NCBI GenBank assembly: GCA_020536535.1
Contig: JAHLWZ010000909.1
Coordinates: 1-50,954, forward strand
Direction: 5' to 3'
Length of the DNA: 50,954 bases
Source of the DNA: Pelomyxa schiedti
Lineage: Eukaryota > Protista > Evosea
In this document: in pieces, positions 37,901 through 48,664 of the stretch
Layout of the letters: each line of letters opens with the position of its first letter
Numbering within the stretch: position 1 is the first letter of the stretch
Notes under the pieces: model-generated
Told to the model about the DNA's origin: nothing
Seen by the model: only the letters and a program-made list of their open reading frames with translations
The model's database searches: none
Translations under genes and position numbers: made by a program

Positions 37901-38235
37901 TCTCGGCGGGGCCGCCTGTCGCGCTCCCCCCTGTCGCGTGGCCGCCCCCCGCTGGGGCTGCTGCTGGCGGTCCTGCTGGAGTCCCGGCGGCCGGTGGTGG
38001 GACCGCCGCAGGCGTCGCGGCCGCTGCCGCGGGTGTGCTGGGACTGCGGCGGCGCCCCTCCCGTGGCCGAGCCCCGGGGCGGGGCCGGGGGACGGCGCGG
38101 CTGGGGCGGCGGAGGAGGCGGTGGGGGCTCCGCCGAGGAACCAGGGAGCGGGGGAAGCGGAGGTGGCGGCGGAGGAGGGGGCCCACATGCACAGAGGTCT
38201 GCGGCTACGCAACCAACTTCGGGCGCCTTGTCCAT
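34979..38235 (-). CDS. Conserved hypothetical protein (resembles an uncharacterised plant family), Pro/Gly-rich N-terminus and His/Lys-rich tail
   Basis: Spliced FF....RITQWFCHFS..G....GAMAL.....RETLWDQLQWSGKRHNPPGLAAHKRHLMMELDV...FWES; C-terminal HKHKHKKKHKH and ELPQFL. Canonical introns; the plant similarity is recalled, not searched. Confidence 0.65.
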
Positions 38236-39270
38236 GGACAAGTCGAGGTTTTATTCGAACTTTCGCTGGGGTAGCGTCAACCAATCTCTCACATCAAGAG
38301 TGTGATCAGTTGGTGAACCTGGTCTTAACTACTCTCAAGACCAGACACACAGGTAGCTTCTCAGTACCAAGATTACGCTTATCTTCAGTTAAAATCGCGT
38401 GTGGCGGTTCGCCGCAGTTTTCCGTACCCTACAAGACGACTGGTTGGTTGTTTTATGCCATCTCTTCGTAACCTCCCTTTTTTCCCCTTTTCAGGTTGCG
38501 GACTCTGTTGGTTGCTTTGTCGAGTGTTAAGTGGAACGGTCACACCTTCATCGGTACTGCAATGGGACTGTTCCTCGTATTCCGCACAAATTCGTGGTCT
38601 GAGCGATGGCGTGAAGGCAGGATACTATTAGGCACTCTAGAAAACAAAGTAGGTGTCTAATTTTGATATTGCTGAATATGTGGGGACCAAGAATCAATAT
38701 GTAGTCCAGAAACATCATTATTCTAAGCTTAACGTGTGCACGTTAATACCTGGGGAAGAGGGTCAGCCACGAGTGTTGAAGGTACTGAATGATTTTGGCA
38801 ACATACCTTCTCGGAAAAGATCATCAACGTTGATGCTCAATCAGCTCGAAACGCCATCCAATGCCCATTCATTGGATTGGCTCGCTAACACTTTTCCCTA
38901 GACTATATCACTCAAAACCTAGATTGGACTGAATATTCTTATTTTAAGGTATGACAAGTACTGCACATGAAACTAATCTAGCTGAAGGATAACTAAATAA
39001 GAATATTCAGTCCAATCTAGGTTATGGCATTAGAAACCAGCTGAGATAATTGGGAGGCACTCTTGGCGCGCGGAGGGGGAGCATCGTACCGTAAGAAATC
39101 TTGACTTTTGCGTAGTTAATCTTAGCACTGCTCCACCAATTTAAACTGAGTTCTGTATCATGACATTTATCATTCTGTTCAGGAAAATAAGTGGTTCATT
39201 CAAGTTTCTTAAGAATCCCTTTTCCGCTGTTACCGTCATATCGATTGAGGTCTCATGGATTCTTTAGCTA
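38234..39270 (+). pseudogene. Bestrophin-2/YneE (UPF0187, VCCN-type) chloride channel pseudogene
   Basis: HTFIGTAMGLFLVFRTNSWSERWREGRILLGTLENK|SRNII (FRTN...RW.EGR signature) at ~38540-38730. Later TAPPI*TEF and KNPF. Frameshifts, stops and an inverted duplication. Confidence 0.7.
38916..39023. repeat. Perfect 29-bp inverted repeat with a 50-nt spacer
   Basis: AACCTAGATTGGACTGAATATTCTTATTT (38916-38944) is the exact reverse complement of 38995-39023. Confidence 0.95.
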
Positions 39271-39713
39271 CTCATAACAACAAACTAATCCCTGACTGGA
39301 TGGATGGGCCATCTGAGATAGCAATGATGCGTTGTTCAATTAACATCAGTGTGGCTCCATACATACAGATAAGATTGGATTGAACAACAACCACGGTCAG
39401 TTTGCTGGTTTTTCTTTCTTCTTAGACCCAGTGACAGTTAAAGTGACCCTACACGATACCGGTTTGTTTGAGATCCTTGTTGATCGTACTGGACCAGCCA
39501 GCCAATAACAAATTAGCTCATTGCCCGACTCGAGTTACCTTTGATTTCGCCAAATTGGGTTCCAAGCAACTTGCTGGAGCTCCCGTGAGGAAGCAGATCT
39601 CCAGGATCTCTCAATGCCAATGCCAAGATCTCTTTTTTTTTTTTCTTTTACTTAATATAAAAAAAAAAACCCATTTCTCGTGGCACGAGTCGCGGACTGC
39701 ACTCAAGCAAGAC

Positions 39714-41814
39714 ATGGACGCGACAGAATCGAACGAAGGTATTTCTATCATAGGTGACGTCTTTTTTTTTGTCTGCGCGTTTCTTGTTCTGTGCAGTATC
39801 TTCGCATCGCAATCTCAGTATCACGCTCGCACTAACGCACGCAGTACCAGTTGTTTCTCGTCTCGTGGCGCTACAAGGTGCTGAATATCTCAGTCCGCGA
39901 CCGCATTTCACCCCCGTGGAGTTTAAAATACACCGCGGTGAAGTGTTCCGAGTAGGCAGGCACCCGACCTGTCAGGTTGTCCTCAGTGGGGAGTGTATAC
40001 ACGCAAGCTGCTTCCACTTTGAAATTCAAGTCAGCACTGATGGCGAAGCCACGTTGCAAGATACAAGGTATGTGTGGGAAAAAAACCCAAAGAGTAAATT
40101 TGACCTGTTTGTGTACCTAAACTGAACTTGCTTTTCTAGCTCACATGGTACTCATATAAACGGGACGCTGGCCACTACTAGTAAGCATGTGATTCAATCT
40201 GGTTCACTTATATCTGTCCCCATGTACAAAGACCCAAGCAATGAATCTCAGAACAAAGGTATTTCTATTTGGGAAATATGAAAATGTTTGACTGCCTGTA
40301 TCTCACTTGATACAACAGAGCTCAACTTCTTGTACGTGCGCGGGGACAGCGCGCAACCCGATCTTGGCATTAGCGGAAACGTGTGTACTAGTACTTTCTC
40401 GGAAGTATTACTTTATAACAAACTGGTAGGATCCGATGCTGCTAAAATATGATATCACCAATGTGGAACTCGGGTGTGGAAATTTTGGCCGGGTCTTCCT
40501 GGCCCATACAAGAGAAGCAAGCATGACAAGAAAGCTCGCCGTAAAAATAATAGAGGTGAATACGAATGCCGAAACAGAGGCTGCCATTAGAGAGATCTTC
40601 CTGTTGACAATGGTGCCGACGCACAAGAACTTGCTGAGGGGTATTGAGTTCTACCAGCGCAGCAACAAAATCTTCATATTCAGTGACAAGGCTGAGTATA
40701 ATCTTGTTACTTTCATGCAGAAGGTTGTTTGGGAAAATTTTTAGACACCAGTAACTAATGATAACTTCTAGTATATTCTTTCTGAACATCAGGTTTTCAA
40801 TATTTTCTTCCAAATAATTGCTGGGCTGTCTAATTTACACCGTAATAATATCCTTCACCGGTTTGTCCATTCCTCATTACTATTGTATAACTAACTTTTT
40901 ATCAGGGACTTGAAAGTATGGAAAAGTAGAAAGGGGAGATTGGGGGGTTCCTTTCTTTTTTGTTTTGGTTTTTCTCACCATCGCCCTTCCTCCCTTCCCG
41001 TCTTCTTTAGCCCGACAACATATTGGTCTTTGGTTCATCAGCTTATCCATCCATAAGAATTGCAGTATTTCCCCCGAATAAATCTAATAAAATACCAACA
41101 AAAAAAAAACAGGATTTTGGACTTGCCAAGAAACTTGGTTCGATTTTCCTTTTATTGAATCATTCGTCCAATATCACACTCCAGAAATGTGCACACTCTA
41201 CAATGCCAAGTCCCGGGTTGGCACTTTGAAATACACGTGCCCCGAAGTCTTACTCTCTAACGGCAGAACTGCTAGTTATTCGTTCCCATGTGACCTCTGG
41301 TACGTGGTACTCCTCACCACAAAAGCAACAGCACTGAATTTCTATACAGGTCCTGTGGAGTGATCCTGTACACATTGTAAGTGGTGCATTGATTTTTGTT
41401 TCGTACATCCATAAAAATCATATAACATTCACTGCAGACTTACCGGTTTCTTCCCCTTTGATGGACTCACAGAACAGATTATCATGGACCGTATCAGTAT
41501 GGCCCCAATTTCTTTCCTCTCTTCCGCAGTCTCGCCCCACTTTTAAATCGCAGTCACTACTGATACTCACTATGTTCAGTTGCTGGAACTTATGATTGGG
41601 CTCCGAGCCCTTCCGTGTCTCCGTCAGGTTAGTTTTTGTTATCTCCCCACTAAAGAAATCACTCCCTAATCTCCACGCAGCCAAAAGACTTGTTGCCGGT
41701 CTGCTCAGGACCGACCCACATACGCGCTACACGATCACTCAAGTGTTGAATGATGAATGGATTAGCACCTTCCAACTTCAGGGCTCAGACAGTAGCATGT
41801 ACGGCCAGTCTTAG
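39714..41814 (+). CDS. FHA-domain Ser/Thr kinase (Chk2/Rad53-type architecture)
   Basis: FHA VGRHPTC...ASCFHF...SSHGTHING; LGCGNFGRV; LAVK; HR|DLK|PDN; DFG; GTLKYTCPE; DLWSCGVILY; stop TAG 41812-41814. Confidence 0.9.
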
Positions 41815-41934
41815 TTTTCACTTGCACCTCCCTTAATCGCCACGACAATGGGAACGTCCCTCAACATCCTTCACTGTTTTTTTCAAAACAAAACGAACTT
41901 TTTTTTTCTTCCTGTTTGAAACAGTTTTTTTTAT

Positions 41935-42905
41935 AGATCAACAAGAACAAGTAGCACTTCAGAAAATGGCGTGGGTGGCGTGGACATGTCTTGTTTGGTT
42001 GCTGTGGTTATGGGGCATCAGTTAGCAGAATGAGTAGCTCTGTCTTTCATATCATTTTTGACGAACAATGTCACATTTGGTGTTACTTCTGATTCATTTC
42101 AGTTATAATGAACGCAATGATTTGTACCTCGTAGAGATAAATGCGCCTGTGAGCTTGTGTTAAGGTATGACCCCATATGTCATATTAGATATTACCAAAA
42201 AGAAGGCAGGCATGCGACTTGGCCAAAGAATTCCGCCAAGTGTAAAATGTTCTCTCTCGCCCAGTGAAAAAGAGTTTCTGGCCTTTGTTTGGCGGGCAAT
42301 GGCTTCCACTTTTTAATGCACCACCCTTATCTCATATACAGTGCACCTTCTCATGAAAAAGCCGCATGAGGCATTGTGCAAAGGTACCCCTTCTTTTCCG
42401 CGTCAAAATTTTTTTCCCTTACAACCTGCAAGAATAATCTCCAGCACTCCACTTTTATTGAGTTCTTCTTTGATGAATGTTTTAGTAGAGCCTGGGTTGG
42501 AGTGGGCCAAATAAACGACAAGAGGGCAATCCTTGTGTGCTTACCTTTGTGGTATTGAGAGTGAAGCTACTTTGATAGGTCGCGTGTAAGAATAAGCAAA
42601 TGCAGAAGTTTCTGAGTCACTTAGAAAGGTCAAAGATGTTCCCAGAACTGTAACCAACAGATATTCTGAGGAAGAGATTGTCCCGCCCCACCAAAGCTGC
42701 CCAGTTTTTTCAACGAGCACTAGTCAGACCCCAACCACAGCTTCAGCTACAACCACAACAGCACAACTTCCAAACAGTGTATCCAACCGGCCGTGGTAAC
42801 AATGCCAGCACACCTCAGAAGCAAAATATTGGTGTACAGCAACCCCGATATGCAAGAATAGCACGCATCCCCAAAACTAATTTTCAGCAGCAAGGAAATG
42901 CCTAA
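41935..42905 (+). pseudogene. Possible degenerate kinase-like gene or pseudokinase
   Basis: Exon-like pieces QVALQK, YNERNDLYLVE, SEKEF, ILRKRLSRPT plus a Gln-rich tail. No HRD or DFG found, and no clean spliced frame. Confidence 0.25.
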
Positions 42906-43357
42906 ACTTATCAACAACACAACCAACAGCAAAACGTCCAGTACCACCCAATCTCACCACAATCTCCCTCTGTGAAAACTCTCTTTGTGATACGAGAAAC
43001 TGCTAAGCCTCCCCCAATTGTATAGTGCCATATTATGCATAAGCACAAGGTAGCTTTTCCCGTTGTAACTCTGTCACTCATTACACCTAGGAATTTTGAA
43101 TTCAAAACTAATTCCGCTCTTCACATCGATGCGATCGAGGAGGGAACTCTTACGTGTTCGTGCTGTGGAAATTGTCCCGGTGGGGACACGAAGGTTATTG
43201 CCCGCCTCTTAACCACGTACCTAAATTCGGATAGCGCGACTGCCTTCCCATGACGATTCCTTGGCCGCACTCTCGAGAACAAACTTTCTTCCCAACCACA
43301 AGTTGGTGCCCCGTTTTTTTCAAGTACAAACATCAAGAAAGGCTCATTGATTTTCAA

Positions 43358-45959
43358 CTAGTCTGTGTTGGGAACCTTCCCCTTCGTGCATTTTGTGTGG
43401 CTGCCCTTGAGTGCATTGGTCTGCTGGGCTCTTCTTGTGGCTGCATATTGTCGTTCCTGCAACTTCATAACGCTGTTGGTTGCGGCTACTGCTGTTGGCG
43501 CAGGTGGTGGTAGTGCAACCCTTGTGGTCAAAGGAACACTCCTTGGGGGCTGGGTAACGTTTGCGGGCTTCGGCAAGAGCATGGCACCAGGTGGGGGGGG
43601 GATATTGACCTGCGGGAGTAACAGTCTTGACCTTGGAAGTGGCTGGAGAGGTTGTGTAGAGCGCAGTGACGCCAGCTGCTGCCCTTGTCGTGCTTGCACA
43701 GGTGGCTGGGTGTCATCGACCCGGAACCAGGCATGGGAAAGAGCTTCAGCCGCAGAGGGCCTCTGCGTTGGATTGTACACTAGCAGCTTCGTAATGAAAT
43801 CTCGGGCTGAGGAGAAATGTGGGTAGGCAAATTGGGTCACGGAAATCTACCTAAAGTGGAGCAGCGGGTACCGGTCGGATCAACAGAGTTGAAGTTAACC
43901 TTTTCAAATGCCACTGTCTCAGCAGTTCTATTGTCAAATGGCACTTTTCCAAAAAACCTTCAACATGCAAAGGTTAATGTAACAAGGAGATTCAGTAATC
44001 AAGAATAAAACAAAACTCAAAGGAATTAAATAAAAAAAAAAAGAGAACTGAATTCACCCAAAGAATGTTGTTGCCCCAAGGGACCAGAGATCCACTTTTT
44101 CACTATAGAGGGCCTCTCGTTTTTCAACGATTTCCGGTGCTGAATGTGTGTTACTATTAGTAAGTGTGGGAGAGCAACTGGCACACCCTTGTAAGAAAAT
44201 GTACCGCAAGTGGTCTTCAGCACCTCAGTGTAATTGGCAAAACCTAAGTCTATAACTTTAACAGAGCCCTCAATCTCTAGTGGTTGGTCACATTTTATCA
44301 TAATGTTCTCAGGCTGACACTTGGTTTTAGAAAATAGCAAATAAATGGAAGCCGAATTGGCTCCCGAACACACTTTCAAATCTCGGTGTGTGATATGATT
44401 GACATGCATATGGTGCAGAGCTTTCAAAATTTGCCTCGCTATCATCTTAATACTTGTTTCAGGCAAGATTTTTGCCTGATCACTCCCTATCTGCGCCAAT
44501 GTCTCCCCCTTGATCCTTGTGGGGTGCAGTTAATCGTTATGAAAGGGAGGAGTGTTGGACAAAACACATACCTCTCCATAACGATTCTAAACCACCTGGA
44601 GTTCTTGCTCATCTTGAAACCAAAAGGTGTGGGAAAGTTCACATGCGGGGAAAGCCTGTTGCATTTTTTCAATCAGAAGCAGGTTGTTGGGAGAGGATAT
44701 GAATACCTCTGTAGGAGGTCGTACTCCCTATATATGTCAAAGTCCCTTGGAGCTTTCTGATGTACCTTCTCAACATCAATTACCTTGAACAAAGAGTTAT
44801 TTGTGGAAAAAATAAGTACACGAAGGAAGCGGACCTTAATGGCGACATCCGTGTTTTGTCGAAATGCCCTCTCAAGCTGGCCACGGTAAACTCTTCCGAA
44901 CTCTCCACTTTTGTATTGGTCAATCATTAGAAAGGGGGACGATCCAAAATAGGTTGCAATGCCAGGCAATTAAGTCCTTGTAAACAGTGACCGTCCCTTC
45001 CTTAATCTGGAAGACCATTTTCGGGCCTATTTGCCTCAAGTTCCTGAACAGGAAGTCTTTTAGGTTTTTTAGTTGGAACAAAACGCACGTGTCGAAAGTA
45101 AAAATTAAGTTACGGACGGTGCACGAGAATCAACAATTCTACATACTCCTGGTGCCTGCAGTTATTATAACGTCCGACTCGAGTCTACGGGATTGCCCTT
45201 GCTCTACTCTAGTGCCGCCGAGAAAGATGCACTCATCGTCGGCCCTTGGAGTGATTTGAGTTGGTACAAGTGAGTGTGTGAAATGGGATGGCAGAGGTAA
45301 GGCGGGGCAACTTGAAACACACCTTATTGCGGCAGTACAATACCCCTTGGGGTGAGTGCTTTCGTCGTACGGCCGCTCGCCGTTCAGGGAGAGCCTGAAA
45401 ATCGTGAAGTGTTTCGGCGCCACACCGGAGTGTTCCCAGATCAAATCACACATCCCGTCAAACCCAAAAGTGACCTCAGACTCTGGGAACGCAGGGGTCG
45501 CGTTAGTTGTTCATCTTTGAAATTGTAATTTAAGAGCAAGCGAGATAGATAAATTAGATAGATGAAGCACTAGAGAAGAGAGCTGGGTCAGACATACTAA
45601 TTACAAATCCTTCTACTTCAAGTTGCGCCTCCCCCGATTCGTATGTTATTCGGCCCCATTCGTTGGGGTGTGGGGCTGACACGTTTGCAGGTGCAGTGGG
45701 TCGCATGTTCTGGCACCGCGGCATTTTTGGCTGCATACAGAAAGAAAAACCCGTTGTTTAGTATTTGTTAAAAAAAACGAGGGAGAACACACAAACACGC
45801 GAACATAAAACAGCACAACATAGAACAGAGAACAACCAGTGGCGCCGTGCGTTGGAGATCGACCAGGGCCAGTTCACTTGGTGGCACGAGAGGAGCCGGT
45901 CTCTTCCGCCCCGCGACAGTTGCGTCGTCGCAGATTCTACCGTCGTTCTGCGCCGACAT
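43358..45959 (-). CDS. Ser/Thr kinase with a degenerate FHA domain (CAMK/Chk2-like)
   Basis: Exon 1 from ATG 45959; FHA-like VTFGFDGMCDLIWEHSGVAPKHFTI; GEFGRV; VAIK; HRDLK|PEN; DLG; CGTFSYK|APE; VDLWSLG; RPSAAEALSHAWF. Confidence 0.9.
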
Positions 45960-46559
45960 GGTTGGTGCAGCTGTTGATTGGCGGTTTTATTATATTTTTT
46001 GATTGACAACCCTCGAATCTTGTCTAGGGAAATGCCAATCTGTTATTATGTCTTGTCTCTTTTTATTCTTCATATTATAAAACGGCAGCGAGGTGCGATG
46101 GATTTCTACACGAGCTCCCCGTTTTCCCCTGCCCACAGTAAATGAAGAAGAAAAAAAGGAACGAGAGGTGTTTGGCAACACGAATCCCCGTCGTTGTCGA
46201 ACAATGGTGAGTGCCTAGTCACTTCCGAATATGCGACATCTCCATGGCCGGATTTGTTGTTGGGTGGTGGGCGGTGGGAGGTGGGTCAAAATCAAGATTC
46301 TCGGCGTTGGCCCTTGTGGCCAGATCTGGCACATCCGCTGCTTTGTGTTGTTTATATGATCGCTGTGGCAACGTTTTAGTTCTTTAATTTCCTCGACGTT
46401 TGTAATCCTTCATCCTTCATCTTCAGTAATTTCAGTTAAGGTATCCATGAAGGAGCGTGACCAGGCTGGCTACATTTACTGAATTGATTATCAATGCGTG
46501 ATTTGATTTATCCTTATGAATAAACCCACAGCAAGCGGACAAATAAACCAAGTTACTTG

Positions 46560-48090
46560 ATTACCATTTTCTCTCTCCAGGTGTCGAACCGTCAAAACAG
46601 TTTTGTTAAAGAATTTTGGCAGAAGTGTTGGCAAACCTTCAACTCACTCTCGTGAGGTAACTATCTTTCCATGATGAAGGGTTTCAATTTTCACTTTCTA
46701 CTTTCCTTCAGATATGACACAACTGAGAGAGTCGGGCCTTGTGCGATTGGAGTGGCCATTCATGCTGTAAGAGCTGGCCAACTGAATCTTATTTTCAATG
46801 TTTGGCTTCATTACTATTCAATACATTCACCTCTAAAAGATGGTTACAGTTGATAGTCTCTCTGTCTACTGGGACACAAGCTGTACACATATTGGTTCAG
46901 GTATTAGACTTTTTCTGCCTATATCAAGAAAATGAAACTAACTGTGAATAATGCTCAACCTGCGTCAACAACTGCTTCAACACCTAAATATATTGCAACT
47001 GCTGAAGACAAGCTTGCCCTTGATGAATTAAGCGTTGAAGATATCATTTCCTTTCGCTCTCTTGCAACAATTCAGTTGAAGCCAAAACCCCACCCCAGAA
47101 CCCACCGCAGCCCAACCACAACCAGCGGCAGTTCAACAACGTGGATGGGTATCCTGGCTGACGAGGGGCATGTGGCAAGCTCCTCAAGTCCCCACTACAT
47201 TGTGAACAGCACTGAATGGAAGAACCTGACGGAAAAAGAAACAACTCAACCAAGTTGAAAAGACCAAGTGCACCATCTATCAAGATCCACCGCAGACACC
47301 CGGAAGAAAAAGTCTATAGAATTGTATTAATATTGTACCAAATGAAATCTCGGCTCACCCACAGCTTGCCTCAGAAACAGTTTCTGGGACAGCCACTTCC
47401 TCAGTCTCAATAACCTCCGTTTCATCAGCTCCACAACTCTCGTCTGTGCCACCAGTGCGCCTTCAGCCCCAACTTCGTACCCAGTACCTTCAATTGACAT
47501 TCGCGCTTGTTTCTTCATTACTTTCAGTGTATCAAACCTGGATGAATGACTATGAAAATACAACGTGTATTCTGTTGTTGCCCGTGCCCCCATGCAGACC
47601 CGCAACATGCCACCCTACAAATTCAAGTACAAGGTCATTGATTGTGGATGATTTATGTCGCCCCAACTGAAACAGCGCAGCTTCATCAGATATGTATGAT
47701 CTTATGTGAATTGTCTTGTCACTCACGGAAAGAAAGATATGAGCCATAAATTGTCTATATGTCTAGTGGACCACCCTGGGCTTGATTCCTGGAGTCAGGA
47801 TGCCACTATTTACACAATCAGATACTTTTGACAAGGTATTGCTCAAGCCTTTTTTTTTATAGAATTGGTGCCTAATACTGGAGTAAGGCCGTTCCATTTG
47901 AGGCAACAGGAGCAAGTAGTGTTGTTAGCATTACAGGGGACACTGTCTATGATGTATACGAACTAGCAGTGAGTATAACACGCCAACCTGCCCCATATGA
48001 CAGGTCATAAAATGCAGTACGGGTTCTCCCCGATGCACAATTGTGAACGAAACGCATGTGGAGCTATCTTACCGCGTTCCAGATATTCTC
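46560..48090 (+). pseudogene. Collapsed VPS13-family pseudogene fragments
   Basis: DSLSVYWD (N-terminal region) near 46850. VAB/SHR-BD-like *YWSKAVPFEATG...YELAVSITRQPAPYDRS*, then frameshifted SPRCTIVNETHVELSYR at 47873-48080. Confidence 0.55.
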
Positions 48091-48501
48091 GTAATGGTTG
48101 TTAAGCCTACAGATTCTCTTCCCCTCTACTGTGGGCTCTTAAAACAAATTCAGTACTTGCCTGAAGGTTTACGTTGAGTTACGCAGACACTTGAATAATA
48201 CTTTGATTGTTTCTAAACGGTTCTAGTTTCCCTGTTTCATAATCAAAACTGGAGTAAGAGATTTCATGTATACAACTTCTATCTCTTAAGAATGCTTTAT
48301 GATGAGCCCAAACAGATTGCCGCCGGGATTGGTAAGGAGGTCTCTTCACCACAACCTAACAGACCTTGGTAAATGTGATACTTAATTTTCACAGCTCTCC
48401 CACGAAGTGCTGATATCTAGGAAGACCACGATTGATGAGCGAGAAGCCACAACACTCTGGTGACGATTATGTAACGGAGAACAACAGGTCACAGCAGACG
48501 C

Positions 48502-48521
48502 ATATATATATATATATATAT
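48502..48521. repeat. (AT)10 microsatellite
   Basis: Read directly from the sequence. Confidence 0.95.
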
Positions 48522-48664
48522 GCATGGCACCTCTGCGGCATCCGCTGCCGTTGGTTGTTCTTCTGACACACGACCCCCACACAACAACTCACAAATTAGC
48601 CACAAGAGAGCGGAAAAAAAAATTGGACATTTGACAATGCCACAACAGAAAAGAAAAACAAACA

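Noticed and set aside
37628-38471. Several long overlapping ORFs on both strands
   Set aside because: They are shadows of a stop-poor GC-rich first exon. The same applies to 3604-4551(-), 16923-17390(+) and 48489-49050(-).
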